A DNA stretch of 63,437 bases, filler included, from Bigelowiella natans CCMP2755 (lineage: Eukaryota; Protista; Cercozoa), in NCBI GenBank assembly GCA_000320545.1. It is 5 parts of 5 records of this genome, joined end to end, with 100 filler letters (N's around TTAATTAATTAA, not from the genome) between each part and the next. Parts side by side here need not be neighbours in the genome. Positions count along the whole stretch, not along the records: positions 1 to 10,203 come from ADNK01003412.1; positions 10,304 to 32,169 come from ADNK01002023.1; 3 more parts are not named here. One strand, 5' to 3'. Positions within the stretch are counted from its first letter, which is position 1; every line of letters begins with the position of its first letter. Positions 1-13,251 of the stretch are shown here, piece by piece. A program made the position numbers and the translations under genes. Under the pieces are notes generated by a model. The model saw nothing but the letters and a program-made list of their open reading frames with translations. It was not told the DNA's origin and ran no database searches.

Positions 1-2778
1 CGCATCCTGCTGAATGCGTACTCGGTATTCCGTTGGCTCTCTTCCCCCCCCCCCCCCTCTCTCCCCCTGCTTTTCCTCTCGTTGGCAGGGGATGAAGGGG
101 CTCCCCCGCTTCCTCCAAAGGATGAACGCGGAATCCCAAAACCCCGAAGCGACCTTTGGGAGGTATTATTTTTATTATTTTTATTTTTAACCCCCATTTC
201 AAAAATTCCAAACGACCCCAAAGTAAAGGACTACCATGGCAAACGTAGCTTGTAGTAATAACTCCGGGGTAAGGGGGAAGGGGGGGGGGGGGGGGAGAGA
301 GAACGGGGAAAAGGGGGTGCGTTTTGGGGGGGGGGGGGGGGGGGAAAGAGGGGGGTGTCTTTGGGGGGGATAGCGTTTTTATACCCCCCCCCAAAAATTG
401 GGGTTTTTCTCTTTCTACTATTTTAGGTGGTGGTGCTCCCCTGGGTGAGAGAGTTCTTATCGATGTTGATCAACGACGTGCTTTGGTCGAATGAGGTCGT
501 CTGGAGGAACTCCCCGTACTACCATGCCACCTTCAAGGTTCGCTTGGTTTTGCGCTCCTCCCTCCCCCCCCCCCACCCCCCTCTAAGTTGAGAACGCCCC
601 TCCGCTTCCTTCTATCTGAGCTCCTTCTTTCTCTTCTCCCTCCCACGTCCAGATCATTGCGGAGATATACACGACGCACAATCTCTACGGGGGGGGGGGG
701 GTCGGTGGCGAGAAGAAAGCTCCTGCTCCTTCTTCCACTACGACAGCTCCCGCAACTACGGGTACCGATATCAGTGCTAATGCTTCTTCTTCTTCTTCTT
801 CTTCTTCTTCTTCTTCTTCCAGAAGGGGGTCAAAGGGGGGGAAGAGAAGGAAGGGCACGGTAGCAATAGGTAAACAGGGAGGAGGAGGAGGAGGAGGAGG
901 AGGAGGAGGTGGATTAGGGAGGAGGAAAAGGAAAGGAAATGCATCAGCATTACCAGGATCTCTTTGTGCTGATAGAGATCCAAGAGCTGCTCGCAAGCCT
1001 CAACATCCACCCGTCCCTTCTCTCCAAGCACTGGTCTTCAAATGACGATGATAATGACGACGACGACGACGACGACGGCGACGGCGGCGCTGACAACAAC
1101 GGCGTCCAATGGCGCAAAGGAGGTAGAGGAGAAAGAGGGCTGCTAGTCTCCACATCTGAACCGATATCGTCGGGCAGCAGCAGCAGCAACAACAGCAGCA
1201 ACAACAACAACAACAACAGCCGAATGTACTACTACTACTTAAGTACCAGCAACAACTTCTTCCTCTCCTCGTCGCCGCACTTGCGAGACCTGGAGAAGGT
1301 GTTTCGCCGCGTCACATCGAGGATCGTCAACGAGCCGTTTCTCCCACAACAAAGCCGCCGCCGCAGCACACCCCGCCTGCTGGGAGCCATTCGTATCGAC
1401 CCCGGCCCTTCGCGCACTGCGGCGGCTGCTGTTGCGCCTTCAGCTTCTTCTAGTTCTGCTGCCGCTGGTGGTGGCGATGATAATGCGAAGTCGGCCGCTC
1501 AGCGATCGAAGGCTAGTGCCAGCGCCAACTCCACTTCCACTTCGCCGGAATCAAACACTGCCTCCTCCTCCTCCTCCTCCTCGGCCGCAGCAAGCGCCGC
1601 CATCAGCGGGAAGAGCGCCACCACCACGCTTGTCGTCCTCAACGAGGAGGAGGAACGCCAGCTGGGGTCTAGGATACAGAGGGCCCGGAAGATGTTCCTC
1701 TTGCAGCACCCCTCCCTAGAGCGCATGATCGAATTCGCGGCGGACGTGGTCACGAAGAACGCTCTAGCACACGCTCTCAAGCTGATGACGGCGATGGTGA
1801 CATCTACCACGGAGCAACGGCGTCCCCGACGAGTGCTGAAGGTTGGTAGAAAACAGCAGTGAGGAGGGCGAACGGGCGGGGAGGGGTGTGGGGGGGGGGG
1901 GTGCATCTTTGTATCTGGAATCGTAAAACAAGAATTTTAAAAAAGGATCCACAACAATGGCCTTGAAGAACCTTCATCTTTTTCTCTTCTGCCTGTCGCA
2001 GCACCAAAAGAAACGATACCCTGTGTTGTTCATGCGCTCTTCTTCTTCTTCTTCATCACCATCATCATCATATTGTTATTAGTGTCACCGCCTGCGGGTA
2101 GCAGGAATGCTGCCATCTAGTATTTCATCGCCACCGCTCATCACGACAGCCAACGCCTAACATTTTTTCTGTTGTCAGTTCATCGAGAAACACCTGCCCC
2201 TTCTCCAACAAGAAGAGAAACAGAAGATACACACCTCTGAGTTCCAGGAGACGCTGCTTGAGAGGTGCACCATCTCTCTCTTCAGCACTCTCATCAACGA
2301 CGCGCAGGCTTTCGCCAAAAAGGCAGTTGGCGCAGCGATCCCGGCGCTGTCTCCCAGCGCGACCGTCATGCCCGTTGAGGTCGTGAGGGAAGCGGAAAAG
2401 ATCACAATAGACCAGGTAACTATCAACATCGCTCGGCAGCGAAGTCGGCTGTCCCGTCAAGTACACTCCTTCGTGGAGAAGCATTTGGCTCCAAATGTGG
2501 CTACAGTCACCTCCGCCGCTCACCCCACCGCTACTATCGAGGCAAAGAAGAGCCTCCCCCGAAACGGGGGGTTTGGCAACGTCGTTATCATGGGAGTGGG
2601 GCTGGAGGGAGGAGAGCTGCAGTTCAAGCAGGAGTTTGCTCGATGCACAGGATTTGCCGAGAGCAACAAGTTCTTCCTGCAGGACGTATCAAAAGTTGAA
2701 AAAGGAGCAGGAGTAGCAGTAAAAACACCAAATCGACAAATTGCGGGCCACCATCTCACACGGATACATACATCATGA
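1..2778 (+). CDS. Codanin-1-like protein, multi-exon, 5' part outside the window
   Basis: The exon at 427 reads VVVLPWVREFLSMLINDVLW...PYYHATFK, like codanin-1 LTVPWLVEFLS. ORF 939-1862 contains RARKMFLLQHPSLERMIEFAADVVTKNA, like the codanin-1 C-terminal [20 protein letters not shown]. GT-AG introns; 3' end approximate. Confidence 0.62.
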
Positions 2779-4581
2779 TTCAATTTAGTGACGAAGGCAC
2801 CACAACTCGCATCGCAGCCACAATGGGCCCAATGGCATGCTAGCATGGCTAGATGGGGTGAAGTGGGGTGCTGTACGACGTGGCGCGCGAATTTGTAGCG
2901 CATGTTCTCGCGTGCAACTACTTACTGCTAGAGCCATTCAATTTCGCAATTGTCACGATCTCATGCACCCTGTGATCATGCTGCACGTATCTAGATTCAT
3001 GCTGCAGCGTGACCCTTGTCATCCATATTCTGATGTGTGCTTGACTGGAACAAGTCGTCTAGAAGCCGCTAGACGTTGCATTGCACGTGAGCAATTGATC
3101 ATGTCATTATTCACACGACACAATCATGTGTCTCTCATGCAACACAAAAAACGATGGCATCATTGCGCATGCAAACAGGAAATGTGAAGGCCGGCATGTT
3201 GCATGCTGATGTAAAATTGAACACAGGCACACGCGCATTCAACAAGAGTCCATGCGAGCCCAATGCACACGTACTGTGTCCGTGATCAAACAAATGGCAC
3301 GTGCTGGCATGCACATGCAAAGCGATGATGTGCAATGTGACAAAGAATGAAGCCTCGTGTGCAGGTGGAACAACGACAACAGTGCAGCCATGCGCACCAT
3401 CTAGTTTCATCAAGACGTTCTAGCGTCATTGTTGATCAGCAGTCCCGAGGCATCATCGCGTGATGTTGGAATCCAAACAACGCTCTGTCCTGGCAGTGCT
3501 AGCTAGCCAGAGTGCTGCGATGCTGCGAGTTCAGACGAAGATGATGCAATGGGCCATGTCACACACGAGCGAGACGCATATACGCACACGCACATGACAT
3601 GCACATGGCGTGAACTGTGTCAGACTCGCTCCTCTTTTGCCACCCTCTGCACTTCACGATTTCTCACTTTTTCATTTTTCATTCATTTGGCAAAGTTCCT
3701 GTTGGACCAACTGAAATGAAACCCCTCATCCCTCGGTTTTTGTTTTCCCACCACTCGTCTTTGGTGAGGAGGTGGTCTAGGTGGTGGTGGTGGTGGTGGT
3801 GGTGGTGTGAGGTGCACCAGAACAAACTCCCAATCCACTCCAGAATTGCAATGCGTGTTGACCAACTGACCAATCTGTTCCTGATCACTGAGGCACACTT
3901 TTCCAACAGTCCACAACGCTGTGGTTGAAATTATTTGCTACGTTGCCTTGCAGTGGGATGATCGTGGAGTCCGGTGAGATGTCAGGCTAGCAGAGGTGTC
4001 AACAGATGAACGTCATGATTGACCACACCTAGCACACTTCCAAAGTGTTGCAAGACGTTTGCAAAGTGCGAAATGAAGTCTCTCGAACTAACTTCAGTGG
4101 TGGCTAACTGGTGAAACCAGCAGGATTTGAGAATTGGCAATCCAGCATTTGTGAAGCAATGTGACTAGCTTCAATGTGGCGGCGATCGACGCAATGCACG
4201 TGCTCTGACACGGGATCTCCCAAAGGCCATGTCGACACGATGGTCTACGATCGGGTTGTCCGAAGGAGAATCCAGTAACACTACAGTTTTAACAGAGTCA
4301 GAACCGCAGAAGAAGGGTTGGTAGGCAGGTGAGGCAGGTTCCAGAGCCAGACTTGCATTCGAGAGGAACCGTCGGCTCGATGCGACCATGAAAGAGATCT
4401 TCCAGAGATCTTCCAGAGATCTTGGCGACCCATTGTTGTCGCATCGTTCCATGTAGGCGCGATTTCATATGATTTTGATAATGCGATAACAAAATTACGT
4501 TGTCGCACAACAAAAAATCCCGTATCAGCGTTACGCTTTTTTACCAGGGGGCAGACCGCCTCATCACAGAAAAGAAGAGAC

Positions 4582-5375
4582 ATGCTCATGCAACAGCAGC
4601 TCCTCATCATCGTGCTAGGTATGCTGCCGGCGGTGGTCGGAGGAGCGCCGCCTTTGGTGCTAACGAGAATCGACGAAGACCTTGCAGGCCGAATGGGAGC
4701 ATATTGTCTCGACGGATCCCTTCCAGGTGTGTGTTCTTCTTCGACGATGGTTGTCTCATCCCATCCAACTTTTCGTCATCCAATGCAGGATTCTGGTTTG
4801 CGCCAGCACAGTCCCCGGAATTCAACAGTAGCTGGATTATCTACTTGCAAGGGGGAGGGTGAGAAATCCAGAGTGCTGCTGACAACGTTTGGAATGTGAG
4901 CTGATTTCGACATTGTAGATTCTGTGCGACCCCTGGTGATTGTGCGGACCGTGCCACAGGAGATCTTGGAAGCTCGTAAGCAAGCAATAATTTATCTGGC
5001 GTTCCTTTTAAAAGAATCTTGTCACATCATCATCGTAGGAACGGATGGGAGGATACTCAGACGCTAGGAGGCATCATGAATGATGATCCTGCGATCAACC
5101 CCGCTTTCTCACAGTTCAATCGAGTCCATGTAGGGTACTGCGATGGATGGTTTTTCGCCTCGAATCGTGAAGGGACCGTGACCACTCCAGATGGATCACA
5201 AGTCAAGGTATCCGTTCTATGCCTAGCGATAATATAGGCCTCTTGAGATTGAAGTTCATAGACGATTCACTCACGGAACCCATCGTGTGCAGGAAATTCA
5301 TCTTCGTGGCCGAAGCAATTTGGAAGCAGTTCTGCACGTCTTGGATGTAAAAGCCGAATAAATACTAACTTAAAG

Positions 5376-5419
<44 letters not shown>

Positions 5420-6289
5420 CCGAGGGACAAAGAGAGAGGGGGGGGAGGGAGAGGGACGAAAAGAGGTTGGTGGAATAAGCATCGATGACTTTAAAATTTA
5501 GGGCATGGGTCTGAGCTCTGCGACAGAGCTAGTGTTGGGTGGAGGCTCTGCAGGCGCCACAGCGACCTTGAAGCACGCCGATTACCTTTATAATCGCTAT
5601 CCCGGAGTGAAGTTCGGCGCTGTCCCAGTCAGCGGCGTGTTCCCCCTCCATCCTGACTTTCAAGGTTCAATGGGTTTTTGGGATGTTGTGCTCCAGGCCC
5701 AGGATTTCCACAACAGCACGCAGGCAGGGATGGGCGGAAACAAGTGCTTGGAAGTGCTGAAAGGCGACCCAATGTGCGGCATGCCAAACTACTCGTACGC
5801 CTTCCTGGAGCCACCCGTGTTCGTGTTCAACTCGGCTGTAGATTTGTACGCTCTCGAGAATATATGGAAGGGCGACGTGGACTGCGTGGAAACGGGATTC
5901 CAGAACTGCACGTCAGACGCAGTAAGTGCTAATAAAGTTTGCTGCTGTGAGACGGACGGTGGCGTCCATGGCGGGTACGGAAGAACTGTATAATGAATTC
6001 GCGCAACCTTTCAGATTGACGATATAAATGCCTGGGGATACAGTTTTTACGACACGATCTCGACATCCGGACCGACCTTTAACAAGGTGCAGTAGGGCTA
6101 AATTTACCACACAGAATACACATAAACACATATACACAGATACATATACACATATGTATGTATGTATATATATATATATATATATAGTTATATCTAGAAA
6201 TATGGTTCTAGTTAATTTGTTTATTCATAAATGTCTGTACGTTTTTACTTTTCTTTCTAAAGTTATTGTTGTGACTTGAGAATCTATTA

Positions 6290-6327
<38 letters not shown>

Positions 6328-6907
6328 AAAATACATAGTTGGGAAATGGAGCCTTCATTGACTCATGTTTGGAACACTGTGCTCCGGAAAGCACTAATGT
6401 ATTGATTCATGATCGGCTGCCGCTTCGAATCATTCATTCACAATCCACCCATTTCACTCATTTCGTGTAGGCCTTCACTGGAATTACCCAAGACGGCGTT
6501 GCAATGAATGCTGCTGTGAGCTCTTGGTGGAGCTCGGGTTTCAAGGAAGCTGCAGATGTACGTGACGTGAAAAAAAGCAAGAATATCAGATTCCTCTCGG
6601 AAAGCCAAATTTCTTAACGCGGCCTGGATGTAACGTTGCGCATTTGTGTAGGCTCACACGTATCTCCCATGTCCGCTCAACGAACAGCCACCTCATTTGT
6701 GTAACCCAACCTGCGATTCAGTAAATCAAGCCGGTAGATCTCCGAATAAAAACTTGGGGACCACCAACATACACACGCACACATGCATGCATATTTATTC
6801 AATTAATCGTGTGTGTGTGTGTTTGTGTTGTTTGTATCATAGATCTGCGCGGGAAGCACGCTTATCGAACTCCCTTGGCAGTACCAGGATCGTCAGAGGA
6901 TGCCTAA
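4582..6907 (+). CDS. Secreted pectinacetylesterase/Notum-family alpha/beta hydrolase, multi-exon
   Basis: Hydrophobic N-terminal signal. Spliced motifs: AYCLDGSLPG, WIIYLQGGGFC, GDLGSS, NRVHVGYCDG, nucleophile GGGSAGA, NSAVD, DSCLEHC, and C-terminal CNPTC. Last exon inferred. Confidence 0.9.
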
Positions 6908-8159
6908 TGGCGAAGTTATCTCAAAGCTTACTGAACCCGACTTACAGACTTGAGACAGGCAGCGATCTGAGTTGATGGAACCCTGGGTTATGTGCATGCA
7001 TGCAATTTGTACAGGAAGCACACAAAATATCTTGGTAGCATGAATCGAATAGCGGGCTATCCTCTCTTTTTCTTGGGAAATAAACAACGTTCAATCATTA
7101 TTTAGTCAGTGTGACATTCTTTGTTCAGTCTGTTTTCCAGTAAATATGATGATATGTTTGCACTGTAATGTGAGGCATAGCCGTACGCAATTAATAGCCT
7201 GGTACGCGGAATTGCGACACGCACGGCCACGCACAATTAAGTATATACACGCACATCGCAAGCAGCCGCCGTATATAGCTATCGCATGGTGGCTGCTAGC
7301 AGCGGCCATGCAATGTGACAACCAATGCAAACCTTTTCTATTGCCGTATGTCACGTGTCAGACAGTCACAACTAGCGGCAGATCTTGTCCTTTCTGTCTG
7401 TTCACATATGTGACCAATCATTGCATGCCATGGTCGCCAGCATGCAGCAATTTACAAAATTTTGCATGCGTCCCCGCAATCAGCGCAGCAGTGCTTCATG
7501 CAGTCACTCGCATGGAGCTAGCACATCAGCATATGACTTGGGTGGGACGAGTGATAGATACGACACAACAGCATTTGATCGCATGAAACACATTGTAGCG
7601 GAGACCAATAGATTATAAACAATGGCGCTGTAGCCGCTGCATTGCACAGCTACATGAGGATGGCCATTGAACAAATTTAAACATTTGACTCATCACATCC
7701 GTCCGTCGTCTCACGTTACACTGCTACACAGTGCAGAGAGCTACGATGCGCTGCGCTTTATTTCGGTCATTTGTTGTATCTCTAGTGCTTATTGGCCCGC
7801 CTGTTGCATGCTATGAATGGCGACGCATAGTGACACAGCCACGTATATATATATATATATGCATGTATCAGGCGTAAGCTATAACCAGCATCTTGATAAT
7901 TTAATGACTAATGTTTACTTAACTGACGCTAATTGGTCATCATTTTTACTATAATAGTTTTGGAATCCTTAGCATCCTCTTCACCAAATATCCTACAAAG
8001 CAGCCCAGCACTACAACTAATCGACGATGCACGGCAGCCGCTGCGCACCAGAGTAGTATAGTGTTACGCGCAGGCCCGCACTGCCGACGAGAAAGGAAGA
8101 CCCGCGGTTGGGTCATCATTATGTGTGCAACTATGGCGCTAGCTTCTTCTCCTTCACCA

Positions 8160-9429
8160 TCATATTTCATCATTGCGACTGATGGTCTGTGAAGGGATCA
8201 CGCTCTCCTTGTGCTTCATCGCCTCCACGCTCTCCATCTTGGCCAGGAAGCCGGTGGAGATGGGGGGGAACTCCTTCGTGAGGAACTCCGTGAGCTTCTC
8301 CACGCTGAACGTGAAGGGGATCGTGTCCGGGATGCGCACCGTCGTGCCGAGCGGGTCGAAGAGGATGATCAGGAAGCCGCGGTGGAGGTGGTTCTGCCGC
8401 GTCCGCGTGTAAATCTTGTGCTGCGTGGCGGGCCTCTCGAACAGCGACGTGTCGAGGTGCACGGCCTTCTTCTCGTTATAGACCACCTCCTCGTAGTTGA
8501 GGGGGTGCGTGGTGGTGAAGACGGACTGGGGCTGGGCGTCCATGATGGGCGCCTTCTCGTCCACGCTGGGGTCGGTCTGCCGGCGCATGTGGGCGTCCAG
8601 CTCGCCGAGGGATATCAGCGTGTGGAGCAGGATCTCCTCCTCCCCGTCGTCCTGGTTGTTGTACGTGATCTTCATCGAGAAGACCCGCGGCTTCTCGGTG
8701 AGCAGGAACACGAAACGGATGTTCTTGAAGAACTTGGCGAACTCCTCCTTAGAAAAGCAGATGGTCGGGCAGAGCAGGCAGAAGCAGCACTCGGTCGGGT
8801 CGCCCTGGGGGCGGCGCAGGATGGAGTCCCTCACCGAGTACTCAAACTGGCAGAGGCAGGCCACGCAGTCGTTGACCCCGTCCTTGTTCACGAGCTGGCT
8901 GTACGTCTTGATTTGCATCCCGCCCCTGCGCGCGACGATGCTGATCGGGTTGGGGCGGTAGAGCGGGTTCTGTCCGAACGTCAGCAGGCAGCCCTCCTCC
9001 CTCGGCGCGCGGCCTTTCTTCTTCCAGGTGTCCCGCATCTTTTGGTGCTGCAGGAGCTGCGAATTGACGTCGTCCTTGTGCGGCCCCGTGACGTTGACGA
9101 AGATGTCATCGAGCTCGCCCATGCCCTGCTTGGCGCGCCGCGTCGCGTCGCGGATCTCCTGCAGCGCCAGGTGGTAGTTACCGATGTTCTCCTGGAGCGA
9201 TTTGAGCTTGCGGATCTGCTTCTTGAAGATCTGTTCCAGCCGGATGTACAGCATGGCGGGGTCGAGCATGCTGGTGTGGCCCTCAGATATCTTCTCGTCG
9301 CCAAGGAGGACGGTGCTACGATGACGACGACAGGAGGAGGAGGAGGAGGAGGAGGAGAAGAAAGCATTTAAGGGAGGGGCCAGGCTTTTCAATGAGAAAA
9401 ACGACGAAGAGAAGGGGAGAGGGACTTCT

Positions 9430-9465
<36 letters not shown>

Positions 9466-9475
9466 CACACGGCAC

Positions 9476-9520
<45 letters not shown>

Positions 9521-9916
9521 TACACGCACTATTGTCACGAAACGTTATTATTATTACGTCTTCGAATCGATGTCCTTGATGATGAGCAGGTTGTTCTTGG
9601 TCTTCTCAAACTGCTCCCGGAGCTCGGGGCTGTGCTTCAGCCGCTCCACCTCCCGACGGAACAGGTGGATCATTTGCTTCCACGCCCCCTCCCCCGTCTT
9701 CGAGCCCATGATGTCGACGCATTGCTTCTCGCGCAGGATCTTAAACATGATGAGGCAGTCCTCGATGGAGATAGAATGCACGAGCGACTGGGCCCTTCCA
9801 GGGAGCTTCTCCGCCTTGCCCCCCGTGGTGGGGCTGGATGATTTGTTGTCACCGCCGAGGCTATTCTGTAGGGGGGGGGGGGGTTGGAAAGCGACGCGGA
9901 GAAGAATATCAGACAT
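8160..9916 (-). CDS. Hypothetical protein of about 500 aa with a Cys cluster; at least two exons (9916-9558, 9315-8160)
   Basis: ORFs 9554-9916 and 8160-9482 join in frame across a GT(9557)...AG(9316) intron (AC|C = Thr). Strong G/C third-position bias. Cys motif CVACLC...CCFCLLC. Start codon uncertain. Confidence 0.72.
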
Positions 9917-10203
9917 TTGCGTGTATTAGTGGCAAGCCGAGAGTGTCGGCAGGAACGCAAGGGAAGAGATAGATGATGAGAATGCTGCGTGTGTGGACTC
10001 CACATTCGCGTTGACGATACCAACCGCGACACCATCCGTGCATGGGAGGGTAGAGGAGGAGGAGGAGGAGGAGGAGGAGGAGGAGGAACGTCCTTTCATG
10101 CGAGACGTGTGCGGAGAGAAACATGCGTGGCGATGATTGCACGAACATGCATAGGATGAAGGTCCTTTTTCTCTCTTCCGTTTTGTTCGTCTCTCTCTCT
10201 CTC

Positions 10204-10303
10204 NNNNNNNNNNNNNNNNNNNNNNNNNNNNNNNNNNNNNNNNNNNNTTAATTAATTAANNNNNNNNNNNNNNNNNNNNNNNNNNNNNNNNNNNNNNNNN
10301 NNN
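10204..10303. other. Assembly gap with TTAATTAATTAA linker
   Basis: N run, six-frame stop linker, N run; exactly 100 nt. Confidence 0.97.
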
Positions 10304-10312
10304 GTGTGTGTG

Positions 10313-10356
<44 letters not shown>

Positions 10357-10451
10357 CTGCCGCTTTTCTTTTCTTATGATGTAATTGATAATGGCTGTTG
10401 TTCATCTGATGCTTTCGTCTCTCGCCTGATGATTGGGCACACGACTAACAG

Positions 10452-10540
10452 CTTTTCGCTGGTGGAGGGGGAGCCTTACCCTTTGAGGCACGGACCGCTT
10501 GCAGGGCCTATCGTATTCCTACTCCTCTCCGGTAGTAGTT

Positions 10541-10577
<37 letters not shown>

Positions 10578-10699
10578 TGGTAGTAGTTGTTGTTGTAGCA
10601 GTAGTAGTTGTTGATAGGAGGGGGAGGAGATCATACCATACTTGACATATGCAGAGCTTCGAATTCGCACAAACACGCACAAAAGAGAACGAGAGGGAA

Positions 10700-10749
<50 letters not shown>

Positions 10750-11365
10750 GGCGGGGCAGCAGCAATAGCAGCATAGCACCACGATCAACCATCACCCATA
10801 TCACCCATCATTATCATCATATATTTCTCCTTACCCTTTGAAATTCCTCCTTATCCTCGCCTCACTTCTCCTCCTCCTCCTCCTCCACCACCACCTCCTC
10901 CTCCTGCCCCTGACCCCCCCCCCTCCATGATAACGGGAATTAGGGCTTGTGCTGCATTTCGAGCTGAGGTTGTTCGGATGGAAGCTGCGGAGACGTCTCG
11001 GCTTCGTCCTCAACTCCCTGTGCGTGCTTATAATAGCATAGTAGTTTCACAAGAGCAGATATTAGTCATTTTAGACAAATGCCCAGATACATGCATGCAT
11101 GCGCTCACGCACGGTTTTGTGTGCGTTACGCGAGACCACCGTTATCGGGGGTTTCCTTTCGAAATAGAATATATTCGTTTCTATCTTTCTTCATTTACCA
11201 AAGACCTGGAAGGAGGGGCAATGGAAGTGCCAGCATGATCATCATCATTAATCCTTTCCGCCCCCCACTAACCCTCCCCAAACCCACTCCCCCTTCCTTC
11301 GATTCCATCCTTCGTACAGATACTTAATCTTCATAATATACGTCTTCTGTGAGGAGTTTGCTTAA
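10452..11365 (+). CDS. 3' end (last three exons) of a K+-dependent Na+/Ca2+ exchanger-like (NCKX/SLC24) transporter
   Basis: Phase-compatible exons splice to FSLVEGEPYPLRHGPLAGPIVFLLLSG-LVLHFELRLFGWKLRRRLGFVLNSL-YLIFIIYVFCEEFA*, matching the last two TM helices of NCKX (W-R/K-L-x-R/K-x-LG...Y). The upstream part is lost in the gap. Confidence 0.68.
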
Positions 11366-12385
11366 ATGCAGAAGGTATCGCCCCCCCCCCCCTCTTTGTC
11401 GCATATGTGCAGCAAATGCCCCACTATCCGAACTGAGAAAATAGCCTCCCCCTCCCCTCCCTGATTGAAGGCCGTCATCGTGCGGTCCGCCTAGTATGAA
11501 ATGCCATCAGTTTGTTTCGTAGTATTTTTGCGAAATGGAACGCGTTTTCCTCCCCAATCCAAATTTTTGATTTTTTTTTTTTAATTAAATCGCAGATCGA
11601 ATGTTGGAATATACTGCTGCAGCACTCTCTGGGATGAAGATCGTGCCATTGCACGTCTAGCACCATGAATGCATGTCAAGTTTATCGATCTATAGATGCA
11701 TTACGCCGCATGTCCAGGCTGTACCGTACACATAAAACATGTGTAAGCAGAGTTAAGCAGTAAACCGATCGATGGCAAACGTCGCAACAGCATGCGGCTA
11801 ATAACGCTTTACGCACTACACATGCGAATTATTCTTAGCGCAGGCTAGCAGTCTCCACGCAGCTAAGCTAGTAAGCGACATGTGTCACACGCTTGTTTGT
11901 GTTAGTGTGTCTGCATGGTTTGTTACACCACACAGCAATCTAGCTAACTAGCTAGCAACGTCATCAGCGTGATATATGTAATAGCTATGCAACAAACACA
12001 CATAGCAAGCACGCACAGTCTGCCGAACGCTAGCACGATAATCTAGATAATACAATAACGTACGAGCGGATGCTAGCATGCAGCGTGATTAAATTAAAGG
12101 CATCGCAACGTGCGAAATGCAATGTTTGCGATACCATCACATCGCTGCCTAGTTCCACCCTTCTTCATCTTCGTTATGTGCACATTGCGGCATTTATTTA
12201 ATTTTTGCGCCGACCGCAACGCAACAACGCGTTCGTAAGCGGTCACGCGCTGCTAGCATAAGCGCGACAACGCGCAAATAATAATGAGCGAGCACTGCTG
12301 CGACAATGTCAGGATGTGCATGCATGCGTACGCAGCCGTCATATAAACACTCTGGCTAATGAACAATCATTCACATCATCTCATC

Positions 12386-12686
12386 TCACACAAGTTTGCA
12401 GGATCTGGCGGCGTCACAAATGCAGTTTTCAGTCGCCGACCCCTTGCCACCGTGATGCTTGCCTTTCAACATCGTACCAAAGACTGCGGCATCGAGCTCC
12501 GCGTACACGATTTCACCCATCCGGCTGCGAAACACGTGTGTACAAACATACGCGTATTAGAGGGGGTGACGGATTTGATTTCGTCTCATTGAACAGGGAA
12601 GCGGGCGAGGGGGGGGGGGAGGGTAACTGGGAAGGTCACAGGTGTAGAGTAAAATCATTCGCCTTCAACCTCAGGTATTGAGGCGC

Positions 12687-12719
<33 letters not shown>

Positions 12720-12971
12720 GTTGGTTTCTAGTGGTAGTTATTGGTAGGTGTTGTTGGTACTCGTAGCCTTGCGGAGTATAGTGCAGTCCATCGTCCCATA
12801 AATCCCTCTTATCCTCCTGCATGTAGCAGTAGCAGCAGTGAACAGCAGTGCGGATAGGCATAAAAGCACACGGGAAAATAAGCAGCTTGCACGCATTCAC
12901 CACGCTTGAGGTGCACAGTAAGATCATTCGAATTCAGCTATTCTCCAGATTAATATATATATGTATATATA

Positions 12972-13003
<32 letters not shown>

Positions 13004-13213
13004 CATTGTGTGCGTGTGTTATATGCTGGGTGGTGATATTGTTATGGTTTCTAACATCCCTTTCTCAAGTCGCGGCGCAATGCTCAGTGTTTTACCTCAG
13101 AGAGGCTGAAATAGGGAAACTTCGCTCCAAAGTCGATCACGTGAGTTTTGCTTGAGCCCAAGCTCTTAATCATCTAGAGACGGATGATAGGAGAAAGAGG
13201 GAGAGGGAGGGAG

Positions 13214-13251
<38 letters not shown>

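Noticed and set aside
3617-4452. Short minus-strand ORFs between the codanin-like and PAE genes (decayed gene?)
   Set aside because: No recognisable motif or consistent splice chain.
8211-9371. 386-aa plus-strand ORF overlapping the orphan gene
   Set aside because: Antisense shadow of a GC3-rich coding strand. It has no independent motifs, and the splice evidence supports the minus strand.
10248-10259. Palindrome TTAATTAATTAA occurring four times in the window
   Set aside because: Always embedded in N runs totalling 100 nt; it is an artificial contig linker.
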